NCBI GenBank assembly: GCA_965213675.1
Contig: OZ243916.1
Location: forward strand, 544,001 to 608,000
Length of the DNA stretch: 64,000 nt
DNA from: an uncultured Candidatus Binatia bacterium
GTDB taxonomy: Bacteria > Desulfobacterota > Binatia > UBA9968 > JAJDTQ01
Direction: 5' to 3'
Position numbers and translations under genes: made by a program. Below, one piece after another: positions 17,815-27,231 of this stretch. Within the stretch, counting starts at the first letter, position 1. Every line of letters starts with the position of its first letter. Under the pieces are notes generated by a model that saw only the letters and a program-made list of their open reading frames with translations, did no database searches and was not told the origin of the DNA.

Positions 17815-17979
17815 CCAGTGTGGTGTCTGGTTAATTCGCGTCATAATCTGCGGGTCTTATTCGCCGTCGGCTGCGTTGCTCTTCCTCGCGTGGTACCCGC
17901 CACTGCTCGTCATCGCGCCTTGCCGACAACAAAAAATCCTCCGCAGTTTATGACGCGAATTAACCAGACACCACACTAG
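17815..17979. mobile_element. MITE-like element family A, copy 2
   Basis: Near-identical to 2030-2194; left end CCAG, right end CTAG. Confidence 0.9.
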
Positions 17980-18124
17980 AACATCTGTGTATGTGGATTA
18001 GGACAAAAGCCAACGGGCCAAGAGACAATCTGGCGTCAGCGGTACATTCTGTCAACCTCGCCTGGAGGGGATGCGTGGCGCCATGATGCTCCAGGCCGGG
18101 AGGCGCGGCAGCCTGGAGCCAATG

Positions 18125-19315
18125 CTACAGTTTGGCCGCTTGGCGCAGGCTGGCGATCATCGAGACCCGCAGCAGGTAGTCGTAGGACTTCTTCGGGTCG
18201 GCGGCGGTCTCGCGCAGGGTGCGGCGGAACTCTTCCTGGCGCTCGGGGTCGCGGGCCTCCAGGTTGCGCTTGTTGCGCGTGGAGTGGAGGTTGGCGTACT
18301 CCAGCGCGATGGGCCGGCGCTGGCGCTCGTAGCCGTCGAGCTCCGCATCCGGCGCCTCGCCGCGGCACACCCGCGCAAGTCTTCGGGCCAGGTTGTAGCC
18401 GTCGTGGATGCCGCCGTTCATGCCCATGCCGCCCAGCGGGTTGTTGATGTGGGCGGCGTCGCCGGCGAGGAACGCGCGGCCCTGGCGGTAGCGCGCAGCC
18501 ACCCGCTGGTGCACGGGGTAGAGGGTGCGGTGTTCCACCGGGTAGGGCCGTCCGGTGGGCAGGACGCTCTGCAACCGCCGTTCGATGCCGCTGTCGCTCA
18601 GCACGTCCGCGTCGCTCTCTGCCGGTTGCGTGGGGAACATCACGCGCCACAGTCCAGGCACCCGCAACAGGAAGAACCACTCCACCGGATCCGCAAAGTA
18701 GCTCACGGGCGCGAGCCCGGCGAAGTGCTCTTCGAAACGAAACGGGGTGCTCACCACGAGAAAGCGCTCAGGCCAGGTGAACCCGTCGAAGGGGATGTCC
18801 AGGGCCTTGCGCACGTTGCTGCGGGCGCCGTCCGCGCCCACCAGGTAGCGCCCGCGGAAGCGCCGGGTTTCGCCGTTCTGCCGCACCACCGCGGTGACGG
18901 ACGTCTTGTCCTCCTCCACGCCCGTCACTTCGCTTGCGAAATGCACCGATGCGCCGGGCAGGGTCGCAAGCTTTTCGTAGAGCAGGCGGTTGAGCTTGAA
19001 CTGCTCGCATTGGAGCCGGTAGGGGTGCGCGGTGACGGCGGCGATCTGTCCGAAGTCGAACTCCGCGATGCAGCCGGCGCGCTCGCGGTACTGGAGGGTG
19101 GGCGCCTTCAGGCCCAGCGCCAGGAAGTCCTCCATCACGCCGGTGGACGCCAGCATGTCCAGGGTGGGCGGATGAAAGGTGGATGCGCGCAGCGTTTCCG
19201 GCAGCGCCGGTTCCGCCTCCAGCACGGTGACGGGTATTTCGTGCTGAGCGAGGTACACCGCCGCCACCAGCCCCACGGGTCCGGCGCCCGCCACCAGCAC
19301 GCGCTCCGCGCTCAT
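18125..19315 (-). CDS. FAD-dependent monooxygenase (MhpA/aromatic hydroxylase family)
   Basis: GAGPVG, LVGADGARS.VR, LAGDAAH.NNP.GG.GMN.GI.D. Confidence 0.9.
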   Translation of the reverse strand: MSAERVLVAGAGPVGLVAAVYLAQHEIPVTVLEAEPALPETLRASTFHPPTLDMLASTGVMEDFLALGLKAPTLQYRERAGCIAEFDFGQIAAVTAHPYRLQCEQFKLNRLLYEKLATLPGASVHFASEVTGVEEDKTSVTAVVRQNGETRRFRGRYLVGADGARSNVRKALDIPFDGFTWPERFLVVSTPFRFEEHFAGLAPVSYFADPVEWFFLLRVPGLWRVMFPTQPAESDADVLSDSGIERRLQSVLPTGRPYPVEHRTLYPVHQRVAARYRQGRAFLAGDAAHINNPLGGMGMNGGIHDGYNLARRLARVCRGEAPDAELDGYERQRRPIALEYANLHSTRNKRNLEARDPERQEEFRRTLRETAADPKKSYDYLLRVSMIASLRQAAKL

Positions 19316-19474
19316 GTCGTTGGCAGGGCGATCAGGCACGAATCCGTCTTTGCGCGAAACCGGCTGTCTCGATACTCGCCGGGCGGGGACGTCACGAGGC
19401 GTCCATGCCATTTCATGGCGGGGCGAAGGATGGACACGGCCTGGGCAGGGGCAACCCCGGCGGATCGGGTGACC

Positions 19475-20434
19475 CTACCGGAAGTGCGGCATGATGTGCT
19501 CGGTGCACACGTCCAGGTGCTGGAACTGGTCCTTGGCGGCGAAGCGCACGATGAATGTCTGGATGCCGGCCTCGGCGTACTGGTTGATGAAATCCACCAC
19601 CTCGTGGGTGCCGCCGGCCTTGACCACGAGCTGCGCGGCCACCTGCTCGTAGGTCTTGTGGTAGTAGGCCTCCAGGAACGCGCCGCCTTCGCGCCGGGCC
19701 TTGTCGGCGTCGGGGTCGATGTGGATGGTGAGGTAGAGGCAGCGGTGGATGTCGCCGGGGTTGCGTCCGGCGTCGCTGGCGAAGTCTTCGAGCTTTTTCT
19801 GCGACTCCTTGAAGACCTGGAGTGACGGGATGTTGGTGATCCAGGCATCGCCATAGAGGGCGGCGCGCTTGAGCCCGCTGTCCACGTCGTTGCTGGAAAC
19901 CCACACGGGGACGCCGGGCCGCTGCACGGGCTTGGGCAGCAGCGAGAGGTCCTGGATGGTGTAGTACTTGTTCTCGTGGGTGACGTTGTCCCCGGCCCAC
20001 AGCATCTTCATGATCTTCAGCACCTGGCTCAGGCGTCCGGCCTTCTGGTTGAAGGGTACGCCGCAGGCCGTGTACTCGTCCTCGAACATCTTGTCGTTGC
20101 GCGACACGCCCACGCCGCAGATCAGACGCCCGGCACTGAGCACATCGACGCTGGCCAGGGCTTGGGCCAGCACCACCGGGTTGCGCATGGCCGCCAGCAG
20201 CACCGCGGTGCCGATCCTCACGCGCTGGGTCTTCACCGCCAGCGCCCCCAGGGTGCTGATGACCTCCAGGCGCGATTTGGCCGTGACGCTGTCGCCGATC
20301 CACACCGAGTCGTAACCGGCCTCCTCGACGGCGGTGGCCAGGTTGAAGACGGGGCTCAGGTCCGGGACCGCGGTTTGGGCGAGGATGACGCCGCGGGTCG
20401 GTAGCAGGATGCCGAAGCTGAGTTTGTGGTTCAT
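19475..20434 (-). CDS. LLM class flavin-dependent oxidoreductase
   Basis: AGYDSVWIGD, RIGTAVL...RNP..LA...ASVD.LS.GRL, PKPVQ.P..PVW. Confidence 0.9.
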   Translation of the reverse strand: MNHKLSFGILLPTRGVILAQTAVPDLSPVFNLATAVEEAGYDSVWIGDSVTAKSRLEVISTLGALAVKTQRVRIGTAVLLAAMRNPVVLAQALASVDVLSAGRLICGVGVSRNDKMFEDEYTACGVPFNQKAGRLSQVLKIMKMLWAGDNVTHENKYYTIQDLSLLPKPVQRPGVPVWVSSNDVDSGLKRAALYGDAWITNIPSLQVFKESQKKLEDFASDAGRNPGDIHRCLYLTIHIDPDADKARREGGAFLEAYYHKTYEQVAAQLVVKAGGTHEVVDFINQYAEAGIQTFIVRFAAKDQFQHLDVCTEHIMPHFR

Positions 20435-20537
20435 GGGGTTCTCCAGTGAGGATGCTTTCGTGATGGCGCCATGGACGGTGGGTCCGTACACTGGGCCTGC
20501 GCTCGTGGCGGCTCAGGGGGCAACCGTGGCTTGCGGT

Positions 20538-22097
20538 TCAAATACGCACGAACAAATCGCGGGCGCCTTCGTTGGTGAGTTGGCTGATGGTGGTGATCCG
20601 GTCGCTGAACTCCTGGAGGGTCCCCAACGAGTTGGAACCCACGTCGATGAGGATGGAGAAGAGCGAAAAGCTCAGCCGGTCCTTCTCCCGCAGAAATCGT
20701 TCGGACCATTCTTCCGACACGCGGCACTCGCCGTCCGTGATGAAGACGATGTCTCCCTTCTTATATCGGGATTTCTTCAGGCACTCCAGCGCTGCGTCCA
20801 GCGGCTGCTCGAAGTCGGTGCCGCCGCCGGGAAAGTGTTCGGCGAGGTCCATGAGCTTGTCCGGCTCCACCTCGCCGCCGCGCCGGGTGGTCATGTCCAG
20901 GACGTGCAGAGCGGCATTCCGCGAGGAAAAGCAGATGGAGCGGAACGGGCGGCGCTGGCGCCGGGTCAGCTCCAGCAGGGTCAGGGTCACGGCCTTGGAC
21001 CACAACTCCTTGTCCCCGGCCATGGAGGAGCTGCCGTCGAGGCACACCACCACCGGCCCCTTGCGCTTCTCCTCCATGCCCCGGAGGGAGTACTGCAGGA
21101 GCTGGTTCTCCAGGAGACGGCGCTGGAAGTCCCGGTGCAGCAACGGCTGGCGCAGCGCCGCCAGCTCCTGGGGCAGCAGGCGCTCCAGCGCGCCCCCTTG
21201 TTCCACCGAGTAGAGCTCCTCGTTGGCGCGCTCGAAGGTGCGCTTGCGCAGCGCCAGCGCATGGGATTTCATGCGTCCGACCATGCGGATGAGCTTCTTG
21301 AGCTTCTCGTTGCCCGCGAGCCGCCGCCCCAACTCAAGCCGCCGGTCCGCGGGGAGGCGCCCGCCGCCGCCCAGGGCGGAGCCCCACGCTTCCGCTTCCG
21401 CCGCGGCTTCCTCTAGCTGTTGGGCGGCGCGGATGGCGGACGCCTGCACCCGCGCCCTGGCTTCGTTGCCCGTGCGGTGGAGGTCTTCGGTCAACTGCCG
21501 CCGCTTCTGCCGGATGGACGCCGCTTCGCCCCGCAGCCGGCTCTGGAGGCGCTCCCGGACTTTCGCCAGCGCGTCCTCCTTGCCCTCCTGCCCGGCCAGT
21601 TCGCCCGCGTGCTCCAGCATTTCCTGGACCTTGTGGAACTCCTCCTCCTGCTGGCGCAGTTTCCAGGTATCCATCATGTCGTGGCGCGTCCACGGCTTTT
21701 CCGACTTGAGCATGGCGAGGAGCCCCTCGCCCACTAGCAGGGTGCACAGTCCGGCCCTGGCCTCGTCCAGCACGGTCATTTCCCGCAGGATGCGGCTCAC
21801 CTCGCCGCCGTGGAGCGCGTCGAGAAGCGTCCGGTTGAGCGCGGCGCTGGGGAGCAGGTCGGCTTCGGCGACAAAGACGATGTTGTACTTGAACAGCAGG
21901 CAGAAGACGTCCCGCAGCAGTGAAGGGAAATGGGGCAGCAGCGCCTGGCCGGCGCGCTCCAACTCGCGCAGCGACGCGGCGTTCCGGCGAAGCTGCCCGT
22001 AGGCGTGCCGGTCGTAGCGGTCGCTCTCGATCCAGTTGGCGTTGTCCGGCAGGCCGGGCAGCGGAACGGGCCGTTTCTTCGCGGTCCCGCGGGCCAC
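20538..22097 (-). CDS. VWA domain protein (ViaA-like)
   Basis: KGPVVVCLDGSSSM (MIDAS), GGGTDF, DIVFITDG; GTG start overlaps upstream stop. Confidence 0.85.
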   Translation of the reverse strand: MARGTAKKRPVPLPGLPDNANWIESDRYDRHAYGQLRRNAASLRELERAGQALLPHFPSLLRDVFCLLFKYNIVFVAEADLLPSAALNRTLLDALHGGEVSRILREMTVLDEARAGLCTLLVGEGLLAMLKSEKPWTRHDMMDTWKLRQQEEEFHKVQEMLEHAGELAGQEGKEDALAKVRERLQSRLRGEAASIRQKRRQLTEDLHRTGNEARARVQASAIRAAQQLEEAAAEAEAWGSALGGGGRLPADRRLELGRRLAGNEKLKKLIRMVGRMKSHALALRKRTFERANEELYSVEQGGALERLLPQELAALRQPLLHRDFQRRLLENQLLQYSLRGMEEKRKGPVVVCLDGSSSMAGDKELWSKAVTLTLLELTRRQRRPFRSICFSSRNAALHVLDMTTRRGGEVEPDKLMDLAEHFPGGGTDFEQPLDAALECLKKSRYKKGDIVFITDGECRVSEEWSERFLREKDRLSFSLFSILIDVGSNSLGTLQEFSDRITTISQLTNEGARDLFVRI

Positions 22098-23215
22098 TAC
22101 ATCTCCTCCAGCATGCGCTTCTGCAGGGTCTGGATCTCTTCGCGCATGCCTTCCACCCGGACCACGGGACGCTCCGCGCTGGAAGCCTTCTCGATGAGCT
22201 GCTCCAGCCGGGCCAGGATGTTGCGCAGCTTGGTGTGCCCCTCGATGAGGGCCTGTGAGCGCAGATCCTCCGTTTCCCACGGGCGCTGCACATACTCGCC
22301 GATTTCCCGCGCCTGATAGAGCAGTTCCTGTGCTTCCTTTTCGTAGCCCAGCACGATCTCCCGGATGACCGCGCTGACCTCGGCGTGCTCCGAGGGCTCC
22401 CGCCACAGCACGTGCTCGAGGAACAGCAGGCTCTGGTCGGAGACCTGCGCGTCGCCCGCCAGATACGAATGGGCCTTCATGAGCGCCAGGGACTGGCGGT
22501 AGCGCCGGTCCGAGGCCACCATCTGTTTCTTGCCGAGTTGCCGGCGGATTTCGGCCATGGCCCGGTGCACGTGGCCTGGAACAGGCTGCGCGGCCGCCTC
22601 GCGCTGCAGCGCGTTCAGTTCGCTCAGGGTGAGGCAAACCCGCGCCGCTTGCGGCGCCGCCTCCAGCATGCGCAGGAAGCGGTAATCCTCCTGGATGTAA
22701 TCCACCACGAAGCGGAGCAGGAAACGGTCGTACAAGGCGGTCAACTCGTCGTCTTCGGGCAACTCGTTGCTGGCGCCGAACAGGGTGATGAGCGGCACGT
22801 CGCGCACTTGCTGTCCGTTGTGAAAGCGCCGTTCGTTGATGATGGTGAGGATCGAGTTGAGGATGGACGAGTTGGCCTTGAATACCTCGTCCAGGAACGC
22901 GATGTGGGCCTCCGGCAGCTTGCCGGTGGTGACCCGCCGGTAGTCGTCCTGTTCAAGCCCCTTGAGGCTCACCGCGCCGAACAGTTCCTCGGGTGCGGTG
23001 AAGCGTGTCAGGAGCCACTGAAAATAGTCGGCGCCTTCGATGCGGCGGCACAACTCGTCCGCCAGCATCGATTTGGCCGTCCCGGGCGGCCCGATGACGA
23101 GCAGGTTCCGGGCCGAAAGCAGCGCCGCGAGAGCGCCGTCGATCAACTCGCCGCGCTCCAGGAACATCTGTCGCAGCTCCTCGCGCAGCGCCAGCAGTTT
23201 TTCCTTGGGGGTCAT
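22097..23215 (-). CDS. MoxR-family AAA+ ATPase (RavA-like)
   Basis: GPPGTAKS, LLTRFT.PEELFG, FLDEVFKANSSILNS, ASNELP, ALYDRF, SDRR. Confidence 0.9.
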   Translation of the reverse strand: MTPKEKLLALREELRQMFLERGELIDGALAALLSARNLLVIGPPGTAKSMLADELCRRIEGADYFQWLLTRFTAPEELFGAVSLKGLEQDDYRRVTTGKLPEAHIAFLDEVFKANSSILNSILTIINERRFHNGQQVRDVPLITLFGASNELPEDDELTALYDRFLLRFVVDYIQEDYRFLRMLEAAPQAARVCLTLSELNALQREAAAQPVPGHVHRAMAEIRRQLGKKQMVASDRRYRQSLALMKAHSYLAGDAQVSDQSLLFLEHVLWREPSEHAEVSAVIREIVLGYEKEAQELLYQAREIGEYVQRPWETEDLRSQALIEGHTKLRNILARLEQLIEKASSAERPVVRVEGMREEIQTLQKRMLEEM

Positions 23216-23362
23216 GTCGGAGGCCTGAGGAACGTGTAACAAAAGCGGGTGAGCCGCACAAATATGTTGCAACCCTTCAACGGACGTTTTACCTTGGCAT
23301 CAGGAGGGGATGGGCGGCGGCCGTGGCTGTCGCCCGCAACCAGGCGGACAGGAGGGAAGCCC

Positions 23363-24181
23363 ATGCCGATTATCACGATCATTCGTGGCGCGTTTGGCGC
23401 GGGGCCGGAGGTCGCCGAGCGGGTGGCGCAGGACCTGGGCTACTCGTGCGTGGACCGGGAGGTGCTGATCGAGGCGAGCAACCGGTACGGCATTCCCGAG
23501 GCCAAGTACGAGGAGGTGCTGGAGTCGGGGCCGCACTGGTGGGAGCGCTGGCGCGAGAGCCTGCGATTGTATCGCATCACGCTTCAGGCGGCCATGTGCG
23601 AAATGGCGCGCGACGGCCAGATCGTCTACCACGGCCACATGGGCCAGGAACTCCTGCCCGGCATCAGCCACGTGCTCAAGGTACTGCTGACCGCGCCGCT
23701 GGAATATCAGGTGGAGCAGGTGCGGGACCGGGAAGGTCTCGACGAGGCCGGCGGCCGGCGTTACGTGGAGAACGTCAACAAGGCGCGCTCCCGGCGCATG
23801 GAGGCCGTCTTCGGCGCGGACTGGCGCGACGCGTCGCGCTATGACCTGGTGCTCAACGCCGGACAGATGACGGTGGACACCCTGGCGCGGTTGATCGAGG
23901 ACGCGGCCGGGCGTCCCGAATACCAGAAGACCGCGGAGTCCGAGCAGGTCTTCGCCGACCTGTCCCTGACGTCGCGGGTCCAGGCGGCGCTCGTCGTGTC
24001 GCCCAAGACCCGCAACCTGAACGTGCGCGTGCGGACAAGCGCGGGCGTGGCGCATATCTCCGGCATCCTGACCCAGCCCGCCCTGCAGGAAGAGATTGTC
24101 GCGGTGGCCAAGGAGGTGCCCGGAACCACGGAAGTGGAGACCGACTTCGAATCGCCGCCGGTGGAGTACATGTTCCCGTAA
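23363..24181 (+). CDS. Cytidylate kinase-like protein with C-terminal BON domain
   Basis: IITI.R..GAG..VA..VA..LGY..VDRE, YDLVLN; C-terminal ALVVSP.T..LNVRV....GVAHISG BON-like segment. Confidence 0.75.
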   Translation: MPIITIIRGAFGAGPEVAERVAQDLGYSCVDREVLIEASNRYGIPEAKYEEVLESGPHWWERWRESLRLYRITLQAAMCEMARDGQIVYHGHMGQELLPGISHVLKVLLTAPLEYQVEQVRDREGLDEAGGRRYVENVNKARSRRMEAVFGADWRDASRYDLVLNAGQMTVDTLARLIEDAAGRPEYQKTAESEQVFADLSLTSRVQAALVVSPKTRNLNVRVRTSAGVAHISGILTQPALQEEIVAVAKEVPGTTEVETDFESPPVEYMFP

Positions 24182-24262
24182 CCGGACGCGCATCCGCGTT
24201 GGGAGGGACCCCACGCCGGCGGAGCGGTCCAGAGAACGGCCCGGAGAATCAAGAGGCTACAA

Positions 24263-25234
24263 ATGGCACAGAAGAGCATTCTGGTGACCGGCGGCACCGG
24301 TCTGGTAGGCGCGTACGTGGTGGGAATGCTGCAGGAGCGGGGCGAGCGCCCGGTCATCTTCGACGTGGCGGTCAACGAGCGCCTGCTCCGGGCCGTGGGC
24401 GTCGATCCGGCGTCGGTGGAGACCGTGCGCGGCGACATCCTGGACCTGCCGCAACTGGTGAGCGCGGTGCGCGACCATGATGTCGGCCAGGTCATCCATC
24501 TGGCGGCGTTTCTCGGGGAGGAAGTGCAGCGGCGCCCCTACACCGGCGTGCGCCTGAATCTCATGGGGACGGTCAACGTGCTCGAGGCGGTGCGGCTGGA
24601 GAACGTGCCGCGGATGACGTTCCCGAGTTCGGGAACCGTCTATCTGGGTTCCATGGGGGAGGGCCTTCCGACCATCGACGAGACCGTTCCCGTCAATCCG
24701 CCGTCGGTCTACGCCGCCACCAAGGGCGGGTGCGAGTTTCTCGGCAACGCCTACGCCAGGATGTACGGCTTCGAGTTCGTGTGCGTCCGTTACGTGGGAG
24801 GGCTGTACGGCCCGTCGCCCACCGCCATGAAGGCCACCCGGGAGCAGGCCATCCAGGACATGATCCGCGCGGCGTTGAAGGGGGAGGACGCGGTCATCAA
24901 CTGGCCTTATGGCCCCACGGAGATTCTCTATGGCAAGGACGCCGCCACCGCCACGGTCCTGGCGGCGCTGAAGCCGGAGCACAAGGACCGGCTCTTCCAC
25001 ATCGGCTGCAGCGGCATGGTCACCGGCGACGACGTTCTCGCGGCTTTGAAGAAGCATTTCCCGGAGTCCCGCGTGGCGCTGCAACGGGGCAGCGATCCCA
25101 TGTCCTATCCGTCCAATCGGGCCCTGACCGACCTGTCGCGCGCGGCGGAGCAATTGGGTTTCGAGGCCGAATACACCCTGGACAAGGCCATGGCGGACTA
25201 CGCCGAGACCATGAGGAAGCTCGAGGGCCTTTAG
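24263..25234 (+). CDS. NAD-dependent epimerase/dehydratase
   Basis: VTGGTGLVG, IHLAA, YAATK. Confidence 0.9.
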   Translation: MAQKSILVTGGTGLVGAYVVGMLQERGERPVIFDVAVNERLLRAVGVDPASVETVRGDILDLPQLVSAVRDHDVGQVIHLAAFLGEEVQRRPYTGVRLNLMGTVNVLEAVRLENVPRMTFPSSGTVYLGSMGEGLPTIDETVPVNPPSVYAATKGGCEFLGNAYARMYGFEFVCVRYVGGLYGPSPTAMKATREQAIQDMIRAALKGEDAVINWPYGPTEILYGKDAATATVLAALKPEHKDRLFHIGCSGMVTGDDVLAALKKHFPESRVALQRGSDPMSYPSNRALTDLSRAAEQLGFEAEYTLDKAMADYAETMRKLEGL

Positions 25235-25312
25235 GATGACGTGTTTGCCGGCCCCTGAATCCCATGCGGGCGGCGCAATGCCGGCCGCCGGTTCGGTCTT
25301 TCCTTACGAGTC

Positions 25313-25900
25313 ATGATCGCCGCCGTCGTGCTGTCCGCGGGCGCTTCGAGCCGCATGGGCCGGCCCAAGGCGCTGTTGCCGCTGGACGGGGTTCCCTTCA
25401 TCGAGCGCATCGTGCGCGCGCTGGAGCGGACCCGAGTGGAGCGGACTTTGGTGGTGCTGGGCCACAATGCCGGGGCCATGCGTGAAGCCATCGCCTATCT
25501 CGGCGTGGACACGGTGGTGAACCCGGACTACGCGCGCGGGCAACTCTCCTCGCTTCATGTTGCCATCCGGGCATTGGAAGGCGAGCCCGTGGAAGCGATC
25601 CTGGTTCATTTGGTGGACCACCCGTTCATCGAGAGCCGTCTCGTGGACCGGATGATCGAACGCTTCCGGGCGGACGGGAAGCTCATCGTGGTGCCGCGCT
25701 TCAACGGCCGGCGCGGCCATCCCGTGCTCTTCTCCGCGCGGCTCTTCCCCGAGTTTCTGGCCGCTTCGCTCGACACCGGCGCCAAGCCGGTGGTGCGGGG
25801 CCACCCCGACGAGACGCTCGAGTTGGACACCGACGAGGCGGGCGTCCTCGTGGACATCGACACGCCCGAGGAATACCGAAAGCATGTCAGGGAGCCGTAG
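25313..25900 (+). CDS. MocA/YgfJ-like nucleotidyltransferase (molybdopterin cytidylyltransferase family)
   Basis: LSAGASSRMGRPKALL, NPDY..GQLSSL, LVDHP, GHPVLF, DIDTPEEY. Confidence 0.85.
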   Translation: MIAAVVLSAGASSRMGRPKALLPLDGVPFIERIVRALERTRVERTLVVLGHNAGAMREAIAYLGVDTVVNPDYARGQLSSLHVAIRALEGEPVEAILVHLVDHPFIESRLVDRMIERFRADGKLIVVPRFNGRRGHPVLFSARLFPEFLAASLDTGAKPVVRGHPDETLELDTDEAGVLVDIDTPEEYRKHVREP

Positions 25901-26038
25901 TCCGTTCCCGTCGAGGGCGGCCGCGTTGGCGCCGCTGTGCGAGGGCCCGGGCCGAACTCACGGGCGCTCGTGCGCGAACGGGTCCTCGGGGCGCGTGCCG
26001 TGGATCCGGTGGGTGCGAGTCTTCACAAGGAGCGGTGA

Positions 26039-27010
26039 ATGTCCCGGTTGAAGCTGAACTTTGCCTGCGGCAGTTATGATCTCCTGCGTCCCCTGTGGGA
26101 GAAGGTGGTGGAACCCGCGGGCGTCGATCTGAACGTCATGACCATGCCGTCGCCCGAACGCCATGGACGCATGCTGCGTCACGAGGAGTTCGACGCGTGC
26201 GAGCTGTCGCTGGTGGGTTATCTCGTGGCCCATGACCAGGGGCGCGACTTCACCGCCATTCCGGCGTTTCCGCACCGGCGTTTCCGTCACAGCTACATGG
26301 TCAAGCGCACCGGGTGCGGCATCGAGACGCCCGCGGACCTGAACGGCAAGCGCATTGGCCTGGATACGCTCCAGAACTCCGCGGGCCTGTGGATGCGCGG
26401 CATTCTGCAGGACTACTACGGCGTGGACCTGCGCACGGTGGAGTGGTGGTGCCAGGAGGAGGAAGACGTGCCTCTGGAGCCGGCCTCGTGGATGAATATC
26501 CACCGGGTGCGTGAAGGCCGGGACATCGACGAGATGCTGTGCGCCGGAGAGTTGGAAGGGTCGCTCTATCCCGAGGTGCTGCCGTCGATCCGCTCCGGCT
26601 CCGACAAGGTGGCGCTGCTCTTCCCGGAACCCCGGCAGGCGGAGGTGGAGTACTACCGCCGGAGCGGCATCTTCCCCATCATGCACACGGTGGTGGTCAA
26701 GGACGAGATACTGGAGCGGAACCCCTGGGTGGCGGTGAGCCTGCTGCAGGCCCTCCAGCGGTCCAAGGAAGTCTGCTACGAGCGCATGCGCGACCCCCGA
26801 AGCCTGGCCCTGGTGTGGGCCAAGGAAGAGCTTCAGGAGCAGCACGCCATCTTCGGGCCCGACCCTTGGCCCTACAACCTGGACGACAACCGCCCCGCGC
26901 TGGAAGCCGCGGTCCGCTACGAGTTCGAGCAGGGCATGATCAAGCACAAGCCCGCGATCGAAGAGCTGTTCTTCCCGCCCTCCCTCCAGGAGATCCAGCA
27001 CTACGTCTGA
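26039..27010 (+). CDS. 4,5-dihydroxyphthalate decarboxylase-like / PBP-fold protein
   Basis: ACG.YD, FDACELSL, IPAFPHRRFRH, GIFPIMH, DPWPY. Confidence 0.8.
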   Translation: MSRLKLNFACGSYDLLRPLWEKVVEPAGVDLNVMTMPSPERHGRMLRHEEFDACELSLVGYLVAHDQGRDFTAIPAFPHRRFRHSYMVKRTGCGIETPADLNGKRIGLDTLQNSAGLWMRGILQDYYGVDLRTVEWWCQEEEDVPLEPASWMNIHRVREGRDIDEMLCAGELEGSLYPEVLPSIRSGSDKVALLFPEPRQAEVEYYRRSGIFPIMHTVVVKDEILERNPWVAVSLLQALQRSKEVCYERMRDPRSLALVWAKEELQEQHAIFGPDPWPYNLDDNRPALEAAVRYEFEQGMIKHKPAIEELFFPPSLQEIQHYV

Positions 27011-27231
27011 GACGTCACGCCCATCAGGTTCCCGACGGGTGCGGCGACTTGTTGACGCCATCCACCGGACCTGTGGAAAACCTGTTCACATGCCGTTGTA
27101 CCGGGCGGTTCCAGCCCTTGAGAAACGGCTGTGTCAGCGACCTGCACAGAGAGTAACCAGGGGTTCGCTCGTGTTTTCGGGTGGTTATCTCCAAATGTGG
27201 CTGGACAGCAGCGGGACGGTCTACGGCACGA

